Of a stretch of DNA of 64,000 nt, positions 9,392 to 19,583 are shown one piece after another. The stretch is from Nitrosopumilus sp. GTDB taxonomy: Archaea > Thermoproteota > Nitrososphaeria > Nitrososphaerales > Nitrosopumilaceae. The stretch covers positions 1,024,001 through 1,088,000 of the forward strand of contig OZ242041.1 in NCBI GenBank assembly GCA_965205215.1, written 5' to 3'. The notes below the pieces were generated by a model that worked only from the letters and a program-made list of their open reading frames with translations, had not been told where the DNA came from and ran no database searches. A program made the position numbers and the translations under genes. The stretch's first letter is position 1, and the number at the start of each line of letters is the position of its first letter.

Positions 9392-10477
9392 TCAAACCGC
9401 GGTGCATCCGCTGTAGTCTATGCCGGCCGCAAAGCAGTCGTGCCCCCTCGATGCCAGGTCCGCGGCCGCGCCCCTCATGCCGTCCGGATCCGTAAACGCA
9501 ATGGCGCAGCCCCCGCCGCCTGCGCCCGTGATCTTGGAGCCGTGAGTGACCCCGTTCATCTCGTCTATCATCTTGTCTAGCTTGGCGTTTGAGACGCCTA
9601 TCCTGCTCAGGTATGACTGGTTGAGAGAGGCCCACCTGCCCAGCATGGATGCAGTCGACTCCCTGCCGCCGCGTCCGGCGGTTTGGGGCTGCTCTGGCGG
9701 CGCCGACGATCCCGCCATATCGTCCGGCAGCGCACCGGACACCAGCAGTTCGGTGACGTCTGAGACCAGCCTGGACTCCATCCGGCTCAGCTCCTCGAAC
9801 TCTTCGGGATGATCTCCCCTGAACCCTGATACCATACCGACTACCGACTCCGTGTTGTGCTTGGTTCCTGAATCGGACACGACTAGCCCGAACCCGGGGC
9901 CCCCCTCCTGGCGCCTTATTGCGGCCCATCCTGACTTGATGTCGTATGTAATCATCCCTCCCAGGGCCGACGCGGCCGTGTCCGCCCCCGACGCGTTTGG
10001 AAACGTAGTCCTCTCGGCCTCGGCCGCGACGCGCATGACGGTGTCTATATTGTGCCCGGGGTGCTGCCCCAGGACTCCGAGGGCGGCGGCTGCTCCCGCG
10101 ACGCAGCACGCCGAGGACGAGCCGAGGCCCGCGCCGGGCGGTATCTCGGACTTTACGTCAAGCGTGATCCCCCCGCCGCTGCGTCCCGCCATCCTGCAGG
10201 TTTCCTTTGCTATGTGGTACAGGGGCCTTAGGACGGGATCCACGTCTGCCGCGTCGCGGCTGAACGACTCGCACTCCAGCGTTCCCAGCTCGGAGGTTAT
10301 CCGTATGTCGTCTGACTTTGCGGCCCCCACGTGCACGCGCCTGTCTATTGCGCACAGTATGGCGCTCGAGCCGTACACGACAAAGTGCTCGCCGAACAGT
10401 ATGACCTTGCCGGGCGCGGACGCGACTATCCGCCCGCCACCGCCGACGCCCGCCCTAGCGCCATCCTGCATGCCCAT
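9392..10477 (-). CDS. mvk: Mevalonate kinase
   Basis: APGKVILFGEHFVVYG, PPGAGLGSSSA, SGADTAAS, SKITGAGGGGC. Confidence 0.95.
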   Translation of the reverse strand: MGMQDGARAGVGGGGRIVASAPGKVILFGEHFVVYGSSAILCAIDRRVHVGAAKSDDIRITSELGTLECESFSRDAADVDPVLRPLYHIAKETCRMAGRSGGGITLDVKSEIPPGAGLGSSSACCVAGAAAALGVLGQHPGHNIDTVMRVAAEAERTTFPNASGADTAASALGGMITYDIKSGWAAIRRQEGGPGFGLVVSDSGTKHNTESVVGMVSGFRGDHPEEFEELSRMESRLVSDVTELLVSGALPDDMAGSSAPPEQPQTAGRGGRESTASMLGRWASLNQSYLSRIGVSNAKLDKMIDEMNGVTHGSKITGAGGGGCAIAFTDPDGMRGAAADLASRGHDCFAAGIDYSGCTAV

Positions 10478-10654
10478 GTCTTGCCGTGCTTTTTTGTGCT
10501 ATTATTGATGTTGTCCTTTCTCTTATTCTCAGACGTTGCCGCCTCCGCGGCCTTGGCGTCGTGGTGATGCTGCTGCTGCCATTGTTGCCGTGCAATAACG
10601 ACGCTGGCGCGCCGCCGGAAATAATGCGCGTGCGTTCCTGACGCCGCGGGGCTA

Positions 10655-11332
10655 CTACTCTATGTCTTCCTCGTTTGCCTTTGTCTCAAAGTCGTCGATC
10701 TCAAAGCCCACCGGGTCGTTCTCGCCGATCTCGCCGCGCTCTATCATGATCTGGCGCACGAGCAGCCAGTAGATGGTGGCCAGCGCCTTGCGCCCCCTGT
10801 TGTTTGCGGGTATTATCAGGTCGAGATCCGACGTGATGTTGTCGGTGTTTGCAATCCCGATGACGGGGATTCCCGCGTTCTTGGCCTCCGTTACGGCCTG
10901 CTCGTCCATCTGGGGATCCGAGACGAGCACGAGCTTGGGCTCGATATAGTACGGCAGCGACGGGTTTGTCAGCGTGCCCGGCATGAACCTTCCGGTCAGC
11001 ATCTTTGAGTTGAGCCTCTCGCAGAACTTTTCGATGGGCGTCGCGGCGTACTGCCTTGCGGAGCACACTATGAGGTTCTCCGCCCCGATCCTGTTGATGA
11101 ACTTGGCTGCCGTCTTTATCCTCTCAAACGTCTTGTCCAGGTCAAGCATGTAGAGGCCGTCGGTGCTGGCCTTTGTGATGAACTGCCTCATGAACTTTGT
11201 CTTTACCTGCGTCCCGACCCTGATTCCGGTTACGAGTATCTTTTTCTGTATGTCGGTGGTCTCCAAGGACTGCTGTTGCTGCTGTTGTGGTGGTGATTCT
11301 GCCTCTGGGGGCTGCTGCTGTTGGCTACTCAT
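10655..11332 (-). CDS. rps2: 30S ribosomal protein S2 (uS2)
   Basis: GRFMPGTLTNP, PANNRGRKAL; start could be 11341 (GTG) or 11332. Confidence 0.96.
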   Translation of the reverse strand: MSSQQQQPPEAESPPQQQQQQSLETTDIQKKILVTGIRVGTQVKTKFMRQFITKASTDGLYMLDLDKTFERIKTAAKFINRIGAENLIVCSARQYAATPIEKFCERLNSKMLTGRFMPGTLTNPSLPYYIEPKLVLVSDPQMDEQAVTEAKNAGIPVIGIANTDNITSDLDLIIPANNRGRKALATIYWLLVRQIMIERGEIGENDPVGFEIDDFETKANEEDIE

Positions 11333-11337
11333 GGATT

Positions 11338-12633
11338 TCACAACTCTGCCATGCCTTGTATTAAATCATGCTCCGTGCCGTCCTGGGACTCTGCAATCCT
11401 GAGCAGCTCGTTGAGCTTTGCCACCCTCTCGCCGCCTACCACCCCGACCTTGAGCATCTTTGATCCCGTCGCTATCCCTATGTGCGAGATGTGCGACTCG
11501 GTGGACTCCCCGGAGCGGTGGGACGTCACGAGGCTGATGCCGTTTCTGGCGCCTGTGGCGGCAAACTCGAGCGCGTCGTAGAGCCCGCCCGCCTGGTTTA
11601 CCTTTAGTATCGCCGCGTTGCAGGACCCGCCGCGCGCCGCCTTTTCGAGTATGGACGCGTTCGTAACGGTGAGGTCGTCGCCCGTGACCAGCACGTCCGG
11701 GAAGCGCGCCCTTATCTGCGCCATGTCCTCAAACGCCTCCTCGTGCACGGCGTCCTCCGCGTATATCAGCTTGAACCTGGATATCAAATCCGACGCAAAC
11801 TCGATCTGCTCCCCCGGGTCGTTCTCAAAGCCGGCCCTGTCGTACACGTACCTTGACCTCGACGCGTCCCACTGGGTGGACGATGCAAAGTCGACGCCAA
11901 GCGAGACCTCCCTGCCGAGCGTAAACCCCAGGTTCTCGCATGCCTTGGCAGCTGCCTGCAGCGCCTTTTCGTTGTCGAGCTTGGGGGCCCATCCGCCCTC
12001 GTCTCCCTTTCCGCCCGAAAAGCCGGGGTCCAGTTTCTGCAGGACCCTGCGCAGCTCCGAGTGGACCTCGAGGTTTGTCCGTATGGCGTCCTGTACGGTG
12101 TCCGAGCCCGTGGCGCAGATCAGGATCTCCTGTATGTCCGGCGTCCCGGGTCCAGCGTGCGCCCCTCCGCCCAGTATGTTTCCAAGCGGGAACGGGAACC
12201 TGTATCGCTTTGCCGACGACGACGCCGACGACGCGGACGCCAGCGGCGCCTGCTCCCCTAGGAACCTGTAGAGCGGCTTGCCTGCTGACCTAGCCGCGGA
12301 CTCCGCGGCCGCTATGCTCAGCGCAAAGGCGAGGCTGCCGCCCATCTTGGGGTACCCCGGCTCCGGGTCGATCTCCCTGATTACTTTGTGCATGGCGCCC
12401 ACGTCCCCGGGGTCCGCGCCCGATATCCTGCCGGCGTTGTCGTTGAGTATCTGGAGGCTCGCGGCCACGCCGCCCTCCGGAAAGCTTGCCGTCTCGTGGA
12501 TCCCGACGCTTGCGCCGGAGGGGGCCGCGGCCCTGCCCGCGTGCCTGTCATCCGTTGTTATGTCGACTTCTATGGTGGGACTGCCCCTGCTGTTGTATAC
12601 GAGACGGCCCCTTACCGCCGTTATGGCAGGCAT
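11338..12633 (-). CDS. eno: Enolase
   Basis: NSRGSPTIEV, PSGAS, GDEGG, LKVNQ, SHRSGES. Confidence 0.96.
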   Translation of the reverse strand: MPAITAVRGRLVYNSRGSPTIEVDITTDDRHAGRAAAPSGASVGIHETASFPEGGVAASLQILNDNAGRISGADPGDVGAMHKVIREIDPEPGYPKMGGSLAFALSIAAAESAARSAGKPLYRFLGEQAPLASASSASSSAKRYRFPFPLGNILGGGAHAGPGTPDIQEILICATGSDTVQDAIRTNLEVHSELRRVLQKLDPGFSGGKGDEGGWAPKLDNEKALQAAAKACENLGFTLGREVSLGVDFASSTQWDASRSRYVYDRAGFENDPGEQIEFASDLISRFKLIYAEDAVHEEAFEDMAQIRARFPDVLVTGDDLTVTNASILEKAARGGSCNAAILKVNQAGGLYDALEFAATGARNGISLVTSHRSGESTESHISHIGIATGSKMLKVGVVGGERVAKLNELLRIAESQDGTEHDLIQGMAEL

Positions 12634-12875
12634 TACTCCATCTCTGTCTGGATCTCTGTCTTCCGCCTATGCATAGCCTCATAGAACGGGATTATCTGCT
12701 GGATTGTCTCCACGGTGGTTAGAAGCATCCTCCTGCAGCAGTACCTCTCAATGCCGAGCTCGTCTAATACCTTGTCTGGACTCACTCCTGCCGACTGCTG
12801 ACTCTTTTCCTGATATTCGTAAAACCTGTCTGAAATCAGGTTCCCGCACGTAAAACACCTGACGGGAACAAGCAT
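12633..12875 (-). CDS. rpo10: DNA-directed RNA polymerase subunit N (Rpo10)
   Basis: MLVPVRCFTCG...RYCCRRM zinc motif. Confidence 0.96.
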   Translation of the reverse strand: MLVPVRCFTCGNLISDRFYEYQEKSQQSAGVSPDKVLDELGIERYCCRRMLLTTVETIQQIIPFYEAMHRRKTEIQTEME

Positions 12876-12925
12876 ACGGCCGAAACCGACCAAGGATTAT
12901 AAAAACCATGCAAGGGCTTCCCCTT

Positions 12926-13013
12926 GCGGGCGTTGCCCAGCCTGGCCAAAGGCGCTAGCTTGAGGGGCTAGTCTCTCAGGAGTTCGTGGGTTCAAATCCC
13001 ATCGCCCGCACCA
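12926..13013 (+). tRNA. tRNA-Leu (GAG) with encoded CCA
   Basis: Acceptor GCGGGCG/CGCCCGC, anticodon arm CTAGC-TTGAGGG-GCTAG, long variable arm, GGTTCAAATCC. Confidence 0.96.
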
Positions 13014-13106
13014 CATGATCTTGCAAGTACGGACTGCCGCCGCCGCCGCTGCTGCTGCGCGTGCAAAAATATACGATTCATAAGCCGTTTCGAACCATCC
13101 GGTGCA

Positions 13107-13778
13107 ATGCGTAAATGGATGTTTGAGGTGCGGTCCCGTCCATTCGTACTGCTTGCCGCCCTGTTTGCGGCAGTCTCGCTCATGGTGTACGGCGGAGCGA
13201 CCGCGCCGCTCGACGAGGCGGTGCAGTCCGCGCTGTATCATGCCGTAGGTGACCCCGCACTCGACGGGATAATGCAGTACGTCACGGAGGCCGGCGACGT
13301 GTTCAACATGATGGTCTTTGCGATTGCCATACTGCTGATTCCGCGCACGAGGCGCATCGGGATCACCCTAATGATACTGATTGTGATCTCCACCCTGCTT
13401 GCGGGGTACGTAAAGTGCGGGGTGGACAGGAACGGCCCTGAGTACGAGTTTGAGGGCGTCCCGTTCCCGGTCAGCATAAGCAGGGACACCTTTGCGCTGT
13501 TCTGCGAGGGGAGCATTGCCGCGTCGTATCCAGCGGGGCACGCGGCGCGGGCAATGGCGCTTGCCGCGGTCCTGGGGTATGCCCTGTCCGGCCGCTTCCC
13601 GCGCGGAGCGTACCTGATACTGCTGTATCCTGCGTTGATGTCAGTCAGCCGCGTCTATGTCATGCAGCACTATGTGATGGACGTAGTGGGCGGCGTCATA
13701 ATGGGCGCCATGCTTGCCGGCGTGCTGATGCACAAGACAAAGCTGTACCGCATGTTTGAGGAAAAGAACGGCGGCTAG
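13107..13778 (+). CDS. PAP2 family membrane phosphatase
   Basis: K...R, SYPAGH, SRVYVMQHY..DV motifs; several TM segments. Confidence 0.88.
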   Translation: MRKWMFEVRSRPFVLLAALFAAVSLMVYGGATAPLDEAVQSALYHAVGDPALDGIMQYVTEAGDVFNMMVFAIAILLIPRTRRIGITLMILIVISTLLAGYVKCGVDRNGPEYEFEGVPFPVSISRDTFALFCEGSIAASYPAGHAARAMALAAVLGYALSGRFPRGAYLILLYPALMSVSRVYVMQHYVMDVVGGVIMGAMLAGVLMHKTKLYRMFEEKNGG

Positions 13779-13819
13779 GGCAGCCGCGGCGGCCCCGATG
13801 CCGACCCCGGCGCGACGCG

Positions 13820-14140
13820 CTAGTCCCCAAACCCCAGATCCTCAAGCGCCCCGCTGCCTATCAGAACTATGGCGTAGTGGCCTTCGTCGTGGTGATACGT
13901 CCAGTATTTGATGTCGCGCGTCTCGTTTGCCTGCCGCAGCCCGTGCGTCACGCCGGTCGTCACGGCATAGCCTATCCTCTTTGCCAGCTTGGAGTTCGCC
14001 TTTGGCATTATCACCCTGAAGCCCCCCTTCTTGCCCTTGAATCCGAGGTGCACCATGTCCTCTGCTGCCTCTGCAGCGTCTCCCTCGTCCTTTACGTCGT
14101 ACGTTTTGAGCACGGGCACGTCCCTTGGGTGGAACTCCAT
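13820..14140 (-). CDS. Conserved hypothetical protein (thaumarchaeal type)
   Basis: Start at MEFHPRD (14140); globular composition. Confidence 0.7.
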   Translation of the reverse strand: MEFHPRDVPVLKTYDVKDEGDAAEAAEDMVHLGFKGKKGGFRVIMPKANSKLAKRIGYAVTTGVTHGLRQANETRDIKYWTYHHDEGHYAIVLIGSGALEDLGFGD

Positions 14141-14266
14141 GAGGCTCGTTGCGGCCCGCGCTATAATAAGAAGAGTCCGCGGCCTCAAGGCCGGCATACT
14201 TTCGCGCGGCGGCCGTGCCGCGATGCCCGTCCGGGTGAGGACGGCCGGCGGCCCGTGCGCGCGGCG

Positions 14267-15145
14267 CTATGCTCCGATCTCGCGCGCCATGGTCTCAAAC
14301 GCGCCCTGGACGGTGTGCACCTCTGATATGACGTTGTGCGTCACGCCCTTCTTTTTGAGCTCGTCTGCCGTAAACGGGCCTATTGCCACCACGGCCGTGC
14401 GGGACAGCTTTTCTGTCAGTGCGTCCGCGCCAAAGTCCTTTGACATTATCTCCACAAACCCCCTCACGGATGACGCGCTCGTAAACACGATTCCGTCTAT
14501 CCGGCCCCCGGCAAACTCCGTTCTGAAGTCGTTCCACGTGTCAGTGTCGGAGAACGCGCACACGTCGTACAGGTGCAGCTCCACCACGTCAAGCCCGATC
14601 TTCTCGAGCAGCTCCCTTAGGAACGGCGTCGATGCGCCGCTACGCGGCACTATGACCTTGCGGCCCACTGCGCTCAGTCCTGTGAACAGCTCGCCCACTC
14701 CGACTGACGAGTACGTCTTTGGGGGCATCTCGTTGACCCTTATCCCCTCCGACTCGAGCGCGTCGCGCGTCTTTGGACCCACCGCGACAACTGTCATGTT
14801 TGCGACTGCGAGTCTGAGCCTCTCGTATGTGGATCCCGGCTGTGCGGCGGATCCGTCGCCCCTGTCCAGCTTGCGCGCGGTATCAAAGAGGAGCCTTACC
14901 GCCTTTGAGCTCATGAATACGGCATAGTCGGGAGACTCCGTCCTTGCGGTGTCGAGGAACTCGTTTACTATCTTGTCTCCCTTGCTGACGAGCTGTATGG
15001 TGGGCAGGGCGTGCGCCCTGATGCCCCTGCCGCGTGCCATCTCCAGAAACTCGGCCGCGTCATCCGGCGAGCGTGTTATTGCAACGGTCCTTTGCTGCGC
15101 CGGCGCGCTGCTGTTGCCCGCCTCGGCCTGGACGTCCTGGCTCAT
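14267..15145 (-). CDS. hemD: Uroporphyrinogen-III synthase
   Basis: VAITR, FMSSKAV, AVGPKT, FTSASSV, AIGPFTA; ATG overlaps the cobA stop. Confidence 0.92.
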   Translation of the reverse strand: MSQDVQAEAGNSSAPAQQRTVAITRSPDDAAEFLEMARGRGIRAHALPTIQLVSKGDKIVNEFLDTARTESPDYAVFMSSKAVRLLFDTARKLDRGDGSAAQPGSTYERLRLAVANMTVVAVGPKTRDALESEGIRVNEMPPKTYSSVGVGELFTGLSAVGRKVIVPRSGASTPFLRELLEKIGLDVVELHLYDVCAFSDTDTWNDFRTEFAGGRIDGIVFTSASSVRGFVEIMSKDFGADALTEKLSRTAVVAIGPFTADELKKKGVTHNVISEVHTVQGAFETMAREIGA

Positions 15146-15912
15146 CTGTCCCCCCTCCATCCTATCTCGCCTGCAAGCCCGACTACGCTTCCTATGATTA
15201 TGTTGGCCGGCGGCCTGACCCCCGCCCTCTTTACCTTTGACTGTATGCTGGAGAGGCTGCCTGTTATGGTCCTGTGCTTTGGCGTGGTGCCGTCCTGTAT
15301 CACCGCCACGGGCGTCTTTGGATCCATTCCGCCTGCGACCAACTCGTCGCATATCGCGCCGATTCTTGAGAGCCCCATCATCACCACTATGGTGTCGACT
15401 GACCTTGCCAGGCGCTTCCATTTTACGGCCTCCCTTCTCTTCTCCGGATCCTCGTGGCCCGTGACAAAGGCCACGGAAGACGAGTGCTTTCTGTGCGTGA
15501 GCGGTATCCCGGAGTACGTGGCCGATCCGATGCCCGACGTGACGCCGGGCACAATCTCGTACCTTATGCTGTTGCGCCTGAGGAATTCGGCCTCCTCGCC
15601 GCCCCTGCCGAACATCACCGGGTCGCCGCCCTTCAGCCGTACTATGCGCCTCTTCCTCCTGGCGTGCCTCAGCATCGCCTCGTTCGTGTCGTTCTGGTGG
15701 GTCGTCGGGTCGCCTACTGCGCGGCCCACGTATTCCTTCTCCGCGGACTTTGGCGCCATGTTCAGGATCTTTCTGCTTACGAGCCTGTCGTACAGTATGA
15801 CGTCGGCCTTTTGCAGCAGCTCGACTGCGCGCATGGTTATCAGCTTGGGGTCGCCGGGGCCCGCCCCCACCAGGTAGACGGTGCCGGTGTTCGCGCTCTT
15901 CTTTCCTCTCAC
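15142..15912 (-). CDS. cobA: Uroporphyrinogen-III C-methyltransferase
   Basis: VYLVGAGPGDP, LYDRLV, VRLKGGDP..FGRGGEE, PGVTS; GTG overlaps the hemC stop. Confidence 0.95.
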   Translation of the reverse strand: MRGKKSANTGTVYLVGAGPGDPKLITMRAVELLQKADVILYDRLVSRKILNMAPKSAEKEYVGRAVGDPTTHQNDTNEAMLRHARRKRRIVRLKGGDPVMFGRGGEEAEFLRRNSIRYEIVPGVTSGIGSATYSGIPLTHRKHSSSVAFVTGHEDPEKRREAVKWKRLARSVDTIVVMMGLSRIGAICDELVAGGMDPKTPVAVIQDGTTPKHRTITGSLSSIQSKVKRAGVRPPANIIIGSVVGLAGEIGWRGDR

Positions 15913-16949
15913 CCTCGGTTCCACTCTGCTAGCCCCTCCCTCCATTTTAACCCAAGTCTGGAGACACCCTTTGCCATCATCTCCATGCCGGCCCGTCTTC
16001 CGACGTCTGCAGCGGCATCGGGGGCCCGTCCCCCCGCCACGTCCACGGTGATGTGGTCGCTGCCGTCGATGGAGAACGCGTCGGCCTTGATTGCAATGCC
16101 GCCCCCGGTGTGTCGGGCCAGGGCGCCTACGGGAAACCTGCACCCCGAGCCCACCGCGTCTGACAGGGCCCGCTCCGCGTCGGCCTCTGCCCTGGAGCCC
16201 GCGTGCTCTATGCCCCCGAGCATCGCCGCGGTGTCCGCGTCCCCCGCCCTCGATATGACTGCAAGGGCGCCCTGCCCCGGAGAGGGCAGGAAGCCGTCTA
16301 GTGGCAGTACGGCGTACCTTGCGTCAAGGTTCAGCCTTGCAACCCCCGCGTATGCCAGGACGACCCCGTCCACTGCAGCGGCCGCACTGTCGCCGCTGTT
16401 GTTGTTGTTGTTACTGTTGTCACCCCCCCGTATCTTTCCTATTCGCGTCTCCACGTTTCCTCGGATGGGCTTGACCACCACGTCTGGGCGAGCCCTTGAG
16501 ATCTGGACTGCCCGCCTCAGGCTGCTTGTCCCAATGACGGCGCCCGGGCGCATCTCCTCGAGAGTGCTGCCGTCTGCCGTTATCAGCACGTCGTCTGGCC
16601 TCTCGCGCTCCGGAACGCACGCCAGCGCGAGCCCGTCGGGGAGCTCGGACGGCACGTCCTTCATGCTGTGCACCGCAAAGTCCGCCCTCCCGTCTGCGAC
16701 TGCCTTGTCCACCTCCTTTTCGAATATGCCTTTCTGGTCTATGGTAAAGAGCGGGCGCGCGTCAGTGTCACCCCTCGTGGTTATGGTGGTTACCTCGTAT
16801 GACGTGCCGGGGTTCGCCTCCTCAAGCCGCCTTATCACCGCGCCTGCCTGGGCAAGCGAGAGGCGGCTGCCGCGCGCGGCCACCACGTATCTCGGCTTTC
16901 CCGCCGGCGCCGTCCCGCCGGCGCCACTTCCCGCGTCAGTCCCTTCCAT
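15909..16949 (-). CDS. hemC: Hydroxymethylbilane synthase (porphobilinogen deaminase)
   Basis: RGSRLSLAQ, KGIFEKE, AVHSMKD, GTSSLRR, RGNVETR, GQGAL, GC..PVG. Confidence 0.95.
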   Translation of the reverse strand: MEGTDAGSGAGGTAPAGKPRYVVAARGSRLSLAQAGAVIRRLEEANPGTSYEVTTITTRGDTDARPLFTIDQKGIFEKEVDKAVADGRADFAVHSMKDVPSELPDGLALACVPERERPDDVLITADGSTLEEMRPGAVIGTSSLRRAVQISRARPDVVVKPIRGNVETRIGKIRGGDNSNNNNNSGDSAAAAVDGVVLAYAGVARLNLDARYAVLPLDGFLPSPGQGALAVISRAGDADTAAMLGGIEHAGSRAEADAERALSDAVGSGCRFPVGALARHTGGGIAIKADAFSIDGSDHITVDVAGGRAPDAAADVGRRAGMEMMAKGVSRLGLKWREGLAEWNRG

Positions 16950-18234
16950 TGTCCCTTACCGCCCTGAGCCCGGCCCCGTACGCGTCGGCAACGCGCTCGA
17001 CGTCCCTGCCGTCGTGGGCGTCTGACAGGAACGCGACCTCAAACTGGGACGGGGCCACGAACACTCCCTTTTTGAGCATAGTCCTGCACAGTATCTGGAA
17101 TTTCTCCCTGTTGCACCTGAGCGCGTCGGCGCTGCTGCCAACCTTTTGCTGGCCCGTAAAGAATACCTGCATCATGGATCCGACGCGGTTCGTCACGTGC
17201 GGTATTCCATATGACGACGCGGCATCATCCACCGCGTCTGCTATGTGCCTAGAGTTCCTGTCGAGCCTCGCGTACATGGCGCTTCCCAGCCTGTCCATGA
17301 CCCTCAAGGACGCGACGGCGGCGCTTACTGCAAGCGGGTTTCCTGCAAAGGTGCTTGCCTGGTATACGGGGCCCGACGGCGCAAGTTTCCGCATTATCCT
17401 CCTTCTGCCCCCGACGGCCGCGATCCCGAACCCGTTGCTCATGGCCTTTGCCATGGTGGTGATGTCGGGACTCACGTTGTAGTGCTGCTGAGCCCCGCCG
17501 GGCGCGACCCTGAAGCCGGTCACGACCTCGTCGAACACCAGCAGTATGCCGTTGTCCCTTGTAACCTTGCGCAGCCTCCTTAGGAACCCCGGCTTTGGGG
17601 GTATCAGCCCCATGTTTGCCATTACGGGCTCCACTATAACGCACGCAATCTCGTCGGCGTGCTCCTCGATGACGCGCTCTGCTGCCTCTGTGTCGTTGTA
17701 CTCGGCCACTATGGTGTCCCTCGACACGCTCTTTGGCACGCCTGCCGATGCGGGCACCCCGTAGTGGGCGGCGCCCGAGCCGGCCCCCACCAGCACGGAG
17801 TCGTGTGCCCCGTGGTAGCAGCCCTCGAACTTTAGCACCTTGCTGCGGCCCGTGTAGCCCCTTGCAAGGCGTATCGCGGTCATCGTCGCCTCGCCCCCCG
17901 TGTTTACGAGCCGGACCATCTCCACCGACGGATATCTTGATATGATCATCTCTGCAAGCTCCGACTCTGCGTCGGTGGGGGCGCAGTAGAGGGTTCCGCG
18001 TCTCAGCTGGGCCTCGACGGCCCTTATGATCTCCCTTCTGCGGTGTCCCAGGAGGAGGGCCCCGTACCCGCAGCACATGTCGGTGATCTTTCTCCCGTCG
18101 GCGTCCCACATGTGGCTCCCGCCGGCCCTTCTTACGAAGAACGGGTACGGCTCAAAGTAGCGCACCGGACTGGTCACGCCAGACGGCATGGCCTTTTTGG
18201 CCCTCTCAAACAGGGCCGCCGATCTTTCTGCCAT
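16936..18234 (-). CDS. hemL: Glutamate-1-semialdehyde 2,1-aminomutase
   Basis: GVTSPVR, KFEGCYHG, FDEVVTGFR, TFAGNP, PSQFE. Confidence 0.95.
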   Translation of the reverse strand: MAERSAALFERAKKAMPSGVTSPVRYFEPYPFFVRRAGGSHMWDADGRKITDMCCGYGALLLGHRRREIIRAVEAQLRRGTLYCAPTDAESELAEMIISRYPSVEMVRLVNTGGEATMTAIRLARGYTGRSKVLKFEGCYHGAHDSVLVGAGSGAAHYGVPASAGVPKSVSRDTIVAEYNDTEAAERVIEEHADEIACVIVEPVMANMGLIPPKPGFLRRLRKVTRDNGILLVFDEVVTGFRVAPGGAQQHYNVSPDITTMAKAMSNGFGIAAVGGRRRIMRKLAPSGPVYQASTFAGNPLAVSAAVASLRVMDRLGSAMYARLDRNSRHIADAVDDAASSYGIPHVTNRVGSMMQVFFTGQQKVGSSADALRCNREKFQILCRTMLKKGVFVAPSQFEVAFLSDAHDGRDVERVADAYGAGLRAVRDNGRD

Positions 18235-18322
18235 GCGTTGCGTGGGGTGCCGCTCTATTAATTTCTAGTAGGGGCCGCGGGCCGGAACGGGAACCGCGGC
18301 GCGCGGTGTCGGCGCCCCCGCA

Positions 18323-19066
18323 TCAGGACGCGTCACCATCGCCGTCACTACCACTACCACTGCTGCTGCTGCCGTCGTCACCACCACCTCCGCCGCGTAC
18401 TGCCTGCGCCCGGAACCTGCGCCTTGCCAGTATAGCCGCGGCCACCGTCCCTGCAAAGGGGGCGGTCCAGTACAGCCACAGGTCGGCGACTGCGCCCGAG
18501 AGCACGGCGGGGGCGAGCGCCCTTGCGGGATTCATGGACGCGCCCGACACGTTTCCCATAAGCAGTATGTCGAGCGCCACGATGCCCCCTATGGCCGCGC
18601 CGCCAAACCCGCGCAGGCCCTTTGTGTACACCACGTACAATATGACGCCCATCAGCATGGCGGACACCAGCACCTCGGCCGGAAACGTCACGATAGCCGG
18701 CAGGTCTCGGTTCGGGGCGTTTGCGCCAAGGTCGGCATCCGTCCCTATGAACGTCATGACAAACAGGGAGCCGAGCACGGCCCCTGCTATCTCGGCCGAC
18801 AGGTACCACGCCAGCTGGCCCCTCTTTGTGTGCCCGGTCACATAATACGCGATTGTCACGGCTGGGTTGAAGTGGGCAAGCGACACCTTTGCGAACAGGC
18901 CCACGCATATGACCAGAGCAACAAAGGGCCCCGCGGCCGCGATATACAGCCCGTAGACTCCACCCACTTGGGCGTCATACACTATGGTGCCCGTCGCAAG
19001 TACCACGAGGACAAAGGTGCCTATCAGCTCCACTGCAAATATCTGCGCGTTGGTGTATCCGGACAT
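18323..19066 (-). CDS. Aquaporin (MIP family), probable arsenite channel by context
   Basis: Two NPA motifs (HFNPAVT, SMNPAR); start MSGYTN at 19066. Confidence 0.9.
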   Translation of the reverse strand: MSGYTNAQIFAVELIGTFVLVVLATGTIVYDAQVGGVYGLYIAAAGPFVALVICVGLFAKVSLAHFNPAVTIAYYVTGHTKRGQLAWYLSAEIAGAVLGSLFVMTFIGTDADLGANAPNRDLPAIVTFPAEVLVSAMLMGVILYVVYTKGLRGFGGAAIGGIVALDILLMGNVSGASMNPARALAPAVLSGAVADLWLYWTAPFAGTVAAAILARRRFRAQAVRGGGGGDDGSSSSGSGSDGDGDAS

Positions 19067-19146
19067 TGCGGTCACCCTGAAGTCTCGCGGCGCCCGCCGC
19101 CGTGGGCCGCTGCCGCTGCGCGTACGCGTGCCATGCCCCGCCTGCC

Positions 19147-19560
19147 CTACTCTCCGTCCATTTCCCCTACGAGCGCCCGGACCCTGTCCCTTATCTGGTC
19201 CCGTATGGCCCTGACCTGCCCTGCGTCCGCACCCTTCGGGTCGTCGATCTTCCAGTCTGCCACGCCTTCTGCAAACAGGGCCGGGCACGCCTCCCTGTCC
19301 ATGCACCCCATGTTTATGACAGCCGACCCTGCAAGCATCTCCTGCGTCACTTCCTTCGGCTCTTGCCCTGAGATGTCGATCCCGACCTCCCGCATGGCCC
19401 TGACTGCCTCGGGGCTTACCTGCGCGCCGGGCCTGGTCCCTGCGCTCTGCACCCTGATGTGGGGCGCCATCTGCCTCAGGAAGCCCTCTGCCATCTGGCT
19501 GCGGGCGGAGTTCTCCACGCACACGAAAAGCACGCCTCCCTCGGCGGCGGGTCCTGTCAT
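19147..19560 (-). CDS. arsC: Arsenate reductase (LMW-PTP fold)
   Basis: P-loop CVENSARSQMAE, SAGT, resolving Cys pair GCMDREACP, DDP. Confidence 0.88.
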   Translation of the reverse strand: MTGPAAEGGVLFVCVENSARSQMAEGFLRQMAPHIRVQSAGTRPGAQVSPEAVRAMREVGIDISGQEPKEVTQEMLAGSAVINMGCMDREACPALFAEGVADWKIDDPKGADAGQVRAIRDQIRDRVRALVGEMDGE

Positions 19561-19583
19561 GCCATTGATATAAATTATAGTTT

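Noticed and set aside
6749-10477. Type-1 IDI in an archaeal mevalonate cluster as a novelty
   Set aside because: Already known for thaumarchaea; the cluster order is the conserved one.
15454-17025. Long antisense ORFs (this 523-aa one and many similar)
   Set aside because: Shadow frames of well-supported genes in high-GC DNA, with no protein motifs.
18323-19522. 399-aa ORF suggesting an ArsC-aquaporin fusion or frameshift
   Set aside because: The extension is an alternative frame of arsC in GC-rich DNA. Both genes have their own starts and stops, and no slippery site is evident.
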